Assembly (NCBI GenBank): GCA_051532055.1 | Contig: JAOPTX010000036.1 | Coordinates: forward strand, 36,092 to 100,091 | From: Fibrobacterales bacterium | GTDB lineage: Bacteria > Fibrobacterota > Fibrobacteria > Fibrobacterales > JAOPTW01 | Length of the DNA: 64,000 bases | Direction: 5' to 3' | Shown: positions 51,209 to 58,878 of the stretch, piece after piece | Numbering within the stretch: the stretch's first letter is position 1 | Layout of the letters: every line of letters starts with the position of its first letter | Program-made: the position numbers and the translations under genes | Notes under the pieces: model-generated | What the model saw: the letters and a program-made list of their open reading frames with translations, nothing else | Database searches by the model: none | What the model was told of the DNA's origin: nothing

Positions 51209-52519
51209 ATGAAAAGATTTCTCATTGATGAATTGATAGACTGGAAAGAGCGAGGTACAAAACCACTACTGCTTCAGGGAGCAAGACAAGTTGGGAAAAC
51301 ATGGTTGCTAAAAGAGTTTGGTAGGGTTCATTTTAAAAACATTGCATATTTTAATTTTGAAAAATCACCTGATCTAGAGTCAATATTTAAAGGGGACCTT
51401 GACCCTAAAAAAATTGTTGAAAAGTTGAGTCTTTATCAGGGGAAAAAGATCGATGCAGAGCAATGTCTCATATTTTTTGATGAAATTCAAATGTGCCCCC
51501 GAGCAATGAGTTCATTGAAATATTTTTGCGAAGAGGGAAGCTATTTTAGGGTAGTGTCAGCGGGCTCACTCCTTGGTGTGAAAGTAGGTAAAGAGTCGAG
51601 CTTTCCTGTTGGGAAAGTACATTTTTTGACCTTGTACCCCATGAGTTTTCATGAATATTTACATGCAGAAAAATATGAAATATTAAGTGATTATATTTTC
51701 AATAAGAATGATTTTGAAAGTTTAGATGAGGCGAATCATACAAGGTTGTTAGAATTATATAAACAGTATTTGGTGATAGGGGGTATGCCCGAAGTTGTTA
51801 ATACATATATTGATACAAGGGATTTTCAGGCTGTAAGGGAGGTACAAGCAGATGTCTTACAAGCTTATGAGAGGGATTTTTCGAAGTATACTACAAAGGC
51901 TGAGGCAATACGTATTACCAAAACTTGGAACTCAATTCCGAGACAACTATCTAAAGAGAATAAAAAGTTTAAATACAGTGATGTAGAAAAGGGAGGACGT
52001 GCATCAGCATTTGAGGGTACTATTGAATGGTTAAAAAATGCTGGACTGATTTATGTGGCCTATAGTGTTGCCAAGCCGCTCGTTCCATTAAATGGTTATT
52101 TTGAATTGGATAAATTTAAAATGTTCATGTTTGATACTGGGTTATTAGGTGCAATGTTACAAGTACCGTCAAAAATGATAGTAGATGATGATGCTCTTTT
52201 TTCTCAATATAATGGCGCTTTTATTGAAAGTTATACTGCTGGAGAACTTATGATTCAAGGTGTAGGTCAACTTGCGTATTGGACAAGTGGTAATAGTGCT
52301 GAAGTTGATTTTATTATACAAAATGATAACACTATTTTCCCGTTGGAAGTTAAAAGTGGTCAATCAAGAAACTTAAAGAGTTTGCGCTCTTATCAAACTA
52401 AATATAATCCGGATTGTATCGTAAGAACCTCGCAGAGAAATTATACGCGAAATGCAGAGTTTATAAATATTCCCTTATATGCAGTGTCCGAATGTAAGAG
52501 AATGCTCTCTTTGTTATAA
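51209..52519 (+). CDS. AAA_14 ATPase with DUF4143 and a C-terminal PD-(D/E)xK-like region
   Basis: GARQVGKT, FFDEIQ, FPVGKV, PMSF.E, GGMP, DTGLL and EVDF...PLEVKS. Likely start ATG 51209 (ORF track starts at 51131). Confidence 0.92.
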   Translation: MKRFLIDELIDWKERGTKPLLLQGARQVGKTWLLKEFGRVHFKNIAYFNFEKSPDLESIFKGDLDPKKIVEKLSLYQGKKIDAEQCLIFFDEIQMCPRAMSSLKYFCEEGSYFRVVSAGSLLGVKVGKESSFPVGKVHFLTLYPMSFHEYLHAEKYEILSDYIFNKNDFESLDEANHTRLLELYKQYLVIGGMPEVVNTYIDTRDFQAVREVQADVLQAYERDFSKYTTKAEAIRITKTWNSIPRQLSKENKKFKYSDVEKGGRASAFEGTIEWLKNAGLIYVAYSVAKPLVPLNGYFELDKFKMFMFDTGLLGAMLQVPSKMIVDDDALFSQYNGAFIESYTAGELMIQGVGQLAYWTSGNSAEVDFIIQNDNTIFPLEVKSGQSRNLKSLRSYQTKYNPDCIVRTSQRNYTRNAEFINIPLYAVSECKRMLSLL

Positions 52520-52615
52520 TGGTTGATTGAACCTCACCGGTATTTGAGTAAAATCAATTCTATTTATTGGTTTAATCCCCGCCAGGTATTTCTCTAAAGT
52601 AATAATCTTAAAATC

Positions 52616-52778
52616 AGATGTACATTGCAGGGAGGGTTGGACCCCGACCGATAAACAAATAGCTCGAAGGTCTGTTGCTTCTTACAAGAAGAGGCACTCT
52701 GCAAGAGCGGCACGGGATTCTTAAGGGTAGCTGCCGTAGGCTATCCTTAAGTGGGAGTTTGAGGGCAAAGCCCTCGAG
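52616..52778 (+). repeat. 163-bp structured interspersed repeat, copy 1
   Basis: Ungapped match to 55406-55568 with 20 mismatches by hand count. GC-rich relative to its surroundings, with about six consecutive hairpins. Confidence 0.92.
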
Positions 52779-52848
52779 ATCTATACAAAGAAAATATTCA
52801 TGTTGGACTACGAAACAGAAAAAGTAATGTAAAAGAAAAAAGAAAAAC

Positions 52849-53502
52849 CTAAAACCAATAAAGAACCCAGTAACCCAAGTACTTCTTCAATTCCCCTCTG
52901 AGCAACCACTGCCGCCACCAATAATGATAATACTCAGGAGTAAAAGCCATATACCCCTGATGCAACCCAAGGTAAAGAAACTTCGTATCATCAACATCAA
53001 CATGCCGCTCAGCCATAAGCTTAATACGCGCTAAGTGACTCGGTGAACTAATAAAAATAATACGCTGATCAGGATACCGCTTCTTTCGTGATTCAACAAA
53101 AGTGGCAAGAGCCGAGTCAATTCCCGTAATCTCAGTATAGGTCGAAATCCCACTATAGACCGGAGTCATGGTGGTAGAATCGGGAACTTCGAGTTTCACA
53201 TATTTATAAATAGTATCCCGTGGGTCACTGATCACCCAGTGACATCCCGATTTTTTATACAGTGTTTCAGCATACCAATGACGCAGAATGTTACCGGCAA
53301 AAGAGACAATAATATCGCTTTCTTGTGGAACAAAGGTTGAATCAGTACTAGCCTCTGCAGTATCTGCGATGTGTTCACCAACTAAAAATACCGTGAAGCC
53401 AGCAGTAGTAGTGACCATAAAGAGCATTGCAAAAACCATACTCAAGATAATCAGTATGCGGAGTGGCCATGAGGTTTGTTTGAGTGATGGTGGTTTAAGC
53501 AT
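52849..53502 (-). CDS. Divergent YdcF/DUF218-like membrane-anchored protein
   Basis: N-terminal TM helix, ST..E, ISS.SH..R and E.KKYL.Y near the C-terminus. Confidence 0.55.
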   Translation of the reverse strand: MLKPPSLKQTSWPLRILIILSMVFAMLFMVTTTAGFTVFLVGEHIADTAEASTDSTFVPQESDIIVSFAGNILRHWYAETLYKKSGCHWVISDPRDTIYKYVKLEVPDSTTMTPVYSGISTYTEITGIDSALATFVESRKKRYPDQRIIFISSPSHLARIKLMAERHVDVDDTKFLYLGLHQGYMAFTPEYYHYWWRQWLLRGELKKYLGYWVLYWF

Positions 53503-53686
53503 TAATGAAACTTTAATTTGAAGGTGTCATGAATAAAGTATTACTGAAAGTATAAGATCATTTCGACAAATCCGCAATGAGACTAGAGTAATCTGTTAGA
53601 TGGTGGTCAATAGTACCATGTATTTCTGAACCCTGCCTTCAGTTTTACATCGTATAATGTATTGACTCGCCAAATAACTAAAATGA

Positions 53687-55357
53687 TTATTGTGAGTGAC
53701 TTTGTTTCACTCTAAAAATTCTAATAGTAGGCCCGCGTCTTGCATGGAGCATTCTCGAGTCCTCTACAATCGGAGAACCTTTAATTTCATGCAATAGTTC
53801 ACACCGCTTCATGATAGCCTCGTAGGTTCTCACTATCTCAGGATAAAAGTGCGCTTCTGCCTTGTAACGATCATACCAATTACTTAAGATAATATACTCA
53901 ATACCAAGAGAATCAATCTGGGCAGGGTCATTGATTTTACCAATACGCGCAAAAGGCGGAGCAAGATTCTCTCCATAGGTTTTACTCGAATCAGGTATGA
54001 GATAGAGGGATTGTAGCTCCTCATTATTTGAATAGAACTGATAGTTGTTATTAGGGAGGTATGGTGTGTACTTCTCAATAGCAATACGGGAACTATTGGG
54101 GATGTTATTAATTATCCATTCACGGCCAATATCCCGGGTATCTATTCCAGTAAGCTGTACTCCTTGAATGGAGTTATGAAAAATCAACGACCCAAAAACA
54201 ACGACTGGTACAATAACGGTAAAAATTCGGAGTGCAAAACTTGGTTTGTGTGTATCAAAAAGTGAGTAGAGCCAGTAGAGGCCATAGGCGGCAAGTATAC
54301 CATAAAAGGGGAGGGCGGGTACAAACCACCGCTCCCACCGTAAGCTCAGGAGTGATATAAAGAGCGTAAAAATAAGCGGAAATACCGTGAGAAGCTTCAG
54401 TCGAGTGTCTTTTGAACGAAGGCAGATAACAAGGGCAATAATCACAGCCCCGAGTCCAATTAACGTAATAGAATCAGCGAGTGGGTTTTGAATATACCAG
54501 ATCAGATCATTTAAAAATCCATCTCCGGTGCCACTGACATGACGAGGGCGTGCTTCACGGATCAGATTGTACTTAGCGGTGCGCCAATCCAGAAAGAGAT
54601 AGGGTGAACCAACAAAGGTTGCTGCAACACCAGCACCGGCAGCAATCACAATCTTGCGATATTCCTTAAAGGGCTCGGTATATAAAAAGGCAACAACAGG
54701 GAGGGCTCCAATAAGTACTCCAGTATATTTAGTCGCAACGGCTAGCCCAGTAAACACTCCTGCAAAGATATAATATTTAAGAGACCTACTTTCGACAATG
54801 CGGATAGACCAGTAGGTGGCCATGAGAAGAAAAAAGGTAACGATAATATCAGTGCGAATAAGCTTGCCATAAAAGGTGTGAACGGGCCCAAGTGCCAAAA
54901 AGGCAGCAGCCATAAGAGCAGTAGGCTTATTAAAAAGCTTCAGCGCAATCTTATACACAACCGCTATAGAAGCAATACCAAAAAGAGTGAGAGTAATCCG
55001 GCCGGTAAGAAGAAAAAAGTGCGGATATTTCACCGTAGCTTCAGCAAAGGTACTTGCAAGCTCGAAACCACCAAAAAGTGATCCAATATGAAAAAGGATA
55101 GAGTAAACCAGCGCTAAAAGATAAAACGCCACAGTACCTGGGTGTCCAAACCAATGAGGGTTAAAGTCCCCATTTATAACCATCGAAGTCGCGAGGCCAA
55201 CCTGAAACGGTTCATCAGCATCATACCCAAAAGGAAGTCCCCAATCAATACCCCAAAACCTGAAAAATATTCCCGCTACAATAATGAGAATTAATATCCA
55301 ATGTTCTCTGATCTTCCCAATCATACCAATCACTCCAGCCAATTCAAGTACGCTCAA
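53687..55357 (-). CDS. ArnT/PMT-like (GT39/GT83) membrane glycosyltransferase
   Basis: R.WGIDWGLP...DE, FNPHWF, GR, GLAVATKY and R...P..P motifs; polytopic with a soluble C-terminal domain. Confidence 0.85.
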   Translation of the reverse strand: MSVLELAGVIGMIGKIREHWILILIIVAGIFFRFWGIDWGLPFGYDADEPFQVGLATSMVINGDFNPHWFGHPGTVAFYLLALVYSILFHIGSLFGGFELASTFAEATVKYPHFFLLTGRITLTLFGIASIAVVYKIALKLFNKPTALMAAAFLALGPVHTFYGKLIRTDIIVTFFLLMATYWSIRIVESRSLKYYIFAGVFTGLAVATKYTGVLIGALPVVAFLYTEPFKEYRKIVIAAGAGVAATFVGSPYLFLDWRTAKYNLIREARPRHVSGTGDGFLNDLIWYIQNPLADSITLIGLGAVIIALVICLRSKDTRLKLLTVFPLIFTLFISLLSLRWERWFVPALPFYGILAAYGLYWLYSLFDTHKPSFALRIFTVIVPVVVFGSLIFHNSIQGVQLTGIDTRDIGREWIINNIPNSSRIAIEKYTPYLPNNNYQFYSNNEELQSLYLIPDSSKTYGENLAPPFARIGKINDPAQIDSLGIEYIILSNWYDRYKAEAHFYPEIVRTYEAIMKRCELLHEIKGSPIVEDSRMLHARRGPTIRIFRVKQSHSQ

Positions 55358-55405
55358 AGAGTAGAAAAATCCCCTTCCCTTGTCATAAACAGCAAATACA
55401 GAATG

Positions 55406-55568
55406 AGATGTACACAGTAGGGAGGGTCGGACCCCGACCGGTAACCTAATAGCCCGAAGGTCTGTTGCTTCTTACAAGAAGAAGCACTCTGCAAGAGCGG
55501 CACGGGCTCCCTAAGGGTGGTTGCCGCAGGCCACCCATGGGTGGGAGTTTGAGGGCAAAGCCCTCGAG
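55406..55568 (+). repeat. 163-bp structured interspersed repeat, copy 2
   Basis: Direct-orientation copy of 52616-52778, about 88% identical, same length, stems retained. Confidence 0.92.
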
Positions 55569-55736
55569 TACTACAAAGTAAAGAAACAAATCAAAGTGAA
55601 GAAAGAATAGAGAGGAAAAGAGGAAAAAAGAAAAAATCAAATATGAAAGAAAACCCCCTCAAAACACCGACCCCGTGATAACCACCACAAAAAAGCTATA
55701 TTAAGGCCCAAATAAAAAGTAAAAGACCTACAAACT

Positions 55737-56798
55737 ATGAAAATCCTCGTTACCGGCGCAGCAGGCTTCATCGGCTTCCATCTCGTAGAACAACTCCTTT
55801 TAAAGGGGCTGACCGTTGTGGGGATCGACAATATCAATGATTACTACGATCCTAATCTGAAATTTGCCCGCCTCAACAAGTGCGGTATCGAAAAAACTGG
55901 TGCAGAACAATTTCATAATCAGGTTGAGAGCACTACCAATACTGACTACTCGTTTGTCCGGATGAACCTCGAAGATAAAGCTGAGCTCGAAGCACTTTTC
56001 GCGAAAGAACAGTTTGACTATGTCTGTAATCTTGCTGCACAAGCAGGAGTGCGCTACAGTATCGAAAATCCTGATGCGTACATTCAAAGTAATGTAGTGG
56101 GTTTTCTGAATATATTAGAATGCTGTCGTAATAACAGTATTAAACACCTGACTTATGCAAGTTCATCGTCAGTCTATGGGCTTAATGGAAGTCTACCGTT
56201 TAAAACGTCTGATGCCGTAAATCACCCAGTCTCCCTCTATGCAGCGACTAAAAAATCTAACGAACTCATGGCGCATACTTATGCACATCTGTACGGTATT
56301 CCAACAACGGGTCTTCGTTTTTTTACGGTCTATGGACCGTGGGGCCGGCCAGATATGGCGCCGATACTTTTTGCCTCAGCTATTTTTGCAGGTAAGCCTA
56401 TCAAAGTCTTTAATGATGGGCATATGTCTCGTGACTTCACTTATATCGATGATATTGTTGATGGCATTATGAAAGTAATCGATAAACCGGCAGAACCAAA
56501 TAAAGAGTGGGACAAAAAGGCACCAGAAGCAAATAGCTCAACAGCCCCTTACAGGGTCTATAATATTGGTCGAAATGCTCCAGTGAATCTCATGGACTTT
56601 ATTAAAGCAATTGAAACATCTGCAGGAATAGTCGCAGAGAAAAATTTTATGCCTATTCAACCAGGTGATGTTGAGAGTACCCATGCCGATTGTACCGATC
56701 TCATGACTCACTATGGCTATGAGCCTAAAATTACCGTTGAAGATGGGGTACAGCGCTTTATTGAATGGTACAAAGAGTATACGGTGACCGAGTCTTAA
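55737..56798 (+). CDS. NAD-dependent epimerase, UDP-glucuronate 4-epimerase-like
   Basis: GAAGFIG, LAAQAGVRYS, SLYAATK, GLRFFTVYGPWGRPDMA, RDFTYIDD and QPGDV. Confidence 0.92.
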   Translation: MKILVTGAAGFIGFHLVEQLLLKGLTVVGIDNINDYYDPNLKFARLNKCGIEKTGAEQFHNQVESTTNTDYSFVRMNLEDKAELEALFAKEQFDYVCNLAAQAGVRYSIENPDAYIQSNVVGFLNILECCRNNSIKHLTYASSSSVYGLNGSLPFKTSDAVNHPVSLYAATKKSNELMAHTYAHLYGIPTTGLRFFTVYGPWGRPDMAPILFASAIFAGKPIKVFNDGHMSRDFTYIDDIVDGIMKVIDKPAEPNKEWDKKAPEANSSTAPYRVYNIGRNAPVNLMDFIKAIETSAGIVAEKNFMPIQPGDVESTHADCTDLMTHYGYEPKITVEDGVQRFIEWYKEYTVTES

Positions 56799-56816
56799 AA
56801 TGTAAAAAGAGTATTG

Positions 56817-58733
56817 TTACGGTACTCTTCTTTTAATCACATAAATAGAATGCTCAGGTGTTCTTTCGAATCTCATTGAGGTAACGGTGCCGAGATAGGT
56901 ACCTTGAATAGTGTATATCATTATATGATCTGCATGTTCAGTCTCTTGCATTGACTGCAGTGCTCGTGTCCCATGAATAATAGTTACAGGCGTGGCATAA
57001 GTACTTTTGTGAGAAGTAAGGGGAGATAATTCCTTAAAATAAATATCAAAGAGAGAATCGAGATTGATAGAACCTTCTGGTGATTGATCGGCTGTTGGAT
57101 TTTCTACGATCTGCTGTAACCATGAACTATAAAGTGCCTCATCTGCCTCAGTATTGGCAGATAGGTAAATATCTTTCAGTTGAGAATGTTGCGAAGAGTT
57201 TAACTGTGCAATAAGTGATGTTGATGATTGAGATAAGTATGAAGAGGGTGAAGTAGATTCGGTGAATGACGACGATGATGACGAAAATGTGTTTATGTTG
57301 GAGCTCGATGAGCTCAATGTCTGTGATGATATTTTAGGGGGAGTACCGTTAGAACTTCCAGAAGTTTCAGAAGGTGTTGAGCTACTCGAAACGATACTGG
57401 TGTCAAATGAGCTGGATACATCAATGATAGGTTCACTGCTACTCGATAGTTTAGTTAATGATGATGAGCTAAAAGGATCGTAGTCATTGCTGGAAGGGTT
57501 GTGATGTTTAAAAAGTACTCGTTTAAATTGAGCACTGCTCGGGCTCCAGGTAATAGAGGGTGCAGTCCCCGGTTTCTGTAAGCCACCACTATAATTGAGG
57601 GTCCATTGGTAGGTTTGTGCCCAGGGTTGCCCAGTGCGAATTTTTGTTGTTGCATCAATCGCCTTTACTTCTAGGGTATTTGATTGTCCAACAATTAAGT
57701 CATCTGCAGATATGTAGATCTGATGCTCATTGCCATAGAGAATTGTACCATTGAGGGTCCATTCTGCATTTATAGAGTTTGTGGGGTAGGTGACTTTAGC
57801 ATCAATACTAAAGGGGGTGTAGAATTTGGAGATTGATACAGGACCAAATGCAGGAGTGGCATGGTCAACGTGATTAAAAATATTAAAGTTAAAACGCTTG
57901 ATCATTGCTTCTTGATTGACAGGACAAAATAATTCTTGCCCGAGTGAGGTCATATAATCATACAAGCATGGAGAGTAAAAGTTGTCACCTTTCGCATTTT
58001 CAACGGGGTACATGCCGACCGTATAGGTACTATCATAATGTGAATACTCTGTACCAATCCAGTTTTTCCAAGGGGCTGATTGTGGGTCACTTGAAGGGGT
58101 GGCATTTGCTGCATCATGGTTGGTTGATCCCTTATAGGTGTCGGCAAGGTCGCCCAGTACGTGAGCGGCTTCATGTACAAATGTTTGTGCCCATATCAGG
58201 CCTGTAGTCTGATAGGTATATATTCCAACGGCATTACCGAGATTTGAACCTGGTTCATTTGAAAGAATAAATACTCCACGGGCCTCTGCTGCATATTGGT
58301 TAAGGGTGTTAGTCATGATCGATGTGTTGTTATGTTTCGCGCCCCCCGAGAATAGTCGGTGTATTTTGTAGTAGCTGTCGAGATTAGTTAAACCAGGCAT
58401 GCCAATACCACTTTGATTGGATTCCGTGGTAATCACTATCACATTAAAGAAATCTTGATATTCAAAAAGAGGTGAGGTGGAAAAAAGTTTATCAAATGCT
58501 TTTCGAGCATGGCCACACGTTGAGGTATGACTCAGGTCGAGGCAGGGCGTGTTAATTTCTTTACTAAAGAGTTCGATTTCAGTGTCAGTATAGCCGTCAT
58601 TGGTGATCACTAGTTGAATATGAGTGAGAGGGTCGCCGCTCCAGAGTAGGGTGTCCACTTGAACCACTCTATTTTTTGCAAAGAGTGTTGTCACAGAGAG
58701 AAGAAAGAATAATCGAAACATTAAAGTGGTCAT
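56817..58733 (-). CDS. Secreted M64-like metallopeptidase with Ser-rich linker
   Basis: Signal peptide, DGYT..E, P..EY..FFN, ES..SG, HEAAH....LAD, W..W and FCP. The start is ATG 58733 or 58721. Confidence 0.8.
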   Translation of the reverse strand: MTTLMFRLFFLLSVTTLFAKNRVVQVDTLLWSGDPLTHIQLVITNDGYTDTEIELFSKEINTPCLDLSHTSTCGHARKAFDKLFSTSPLFEYQDFFNVIVITTESNQSGIGMPGLTNLDSYYKIHRLFSGGAKHNNTSIMTNTLNQYAAEARGVFILSNEPGSNLGNAVGIYTYQTTGLIWAQTFVHEAAHVLGDLADTYKGSTNHDAANATPSSDPQSAPWKNWIGTEYSHYDSTYTVGMYPVENAKGDNFYSPCLYDYMTSLGQELFCPVNQEAMIKRFNFNIFNHVDHATPAFGPVSISKFYTPFSIDAKVTYPTNSINAEWTLNGTILYGNEHQIYISADDLIVGQSNTLEVKAIDATTKIRTGQPWAQTYQWTLNYSGGLQKPGTAPSITWSPSSAQFKRVLFKHHNPSSNDYDPFSSSSLTKLSSSSEPIIDVSSSFDTSIVSSSSTPSETSGSSNGTPPKISSQTLSSSSSNINTFSSSSSSFTESTSPSSYLSQSSTSLIAQLNSSQHSQLKDIYLSANTEADEALYSSWLQQIVENPTADQSPEGSINLDSLFDIYFKELSPLTSHKSTYATPVTIIHGTRALQSMQETEHADHIMIYTIQGTYLGTVTSMRFERTPEHSIYVIKRRVP

Positions 58734-58837
58734 TAAGGTGGGGGCAGTATGTGAGTGTGGTATAAAGATAATATACACTTTTACATAAAGTTTACAAAGC
58801 GGCTTACCAAAATAGTCTTAAAAGAATGCTTTTAAAG

Positions 58838-58870
58838 AGTCAGCAAGGCCTTGATGGGGCCTTGCTGACT
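58838..58870 (-). terminator. Hairpin, probable terminator between the two peptidase genes
   Basis: Perfect 13-bp inverted repeat AGTCAGCAAGGCC...GGCCTTGCTGACT, 8 bp past the stop at 58879. The U-tract is short. Confidence 0.7.
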
Positions 58871-58878
58871 GAGTATTG

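Noticed and set aside
52616..52778. Element as tRNA, riboswitch, terminator or classical MITE
   Set aside because: No cloverleaf, no aptamer I recognise, no U-tract, and no terminal inverted repeats or target duplication. Copy 1 lies between convergent genes, which does not fit a 5' cis-regulator.
55446..55640. 64-aa minus-strand ORF across repeat copy 2
   Set aside because: Low-complexity translation of the A-rich tract. The start region is not shared with copy 1, and the substitutions fit base-pairing rather than coding.
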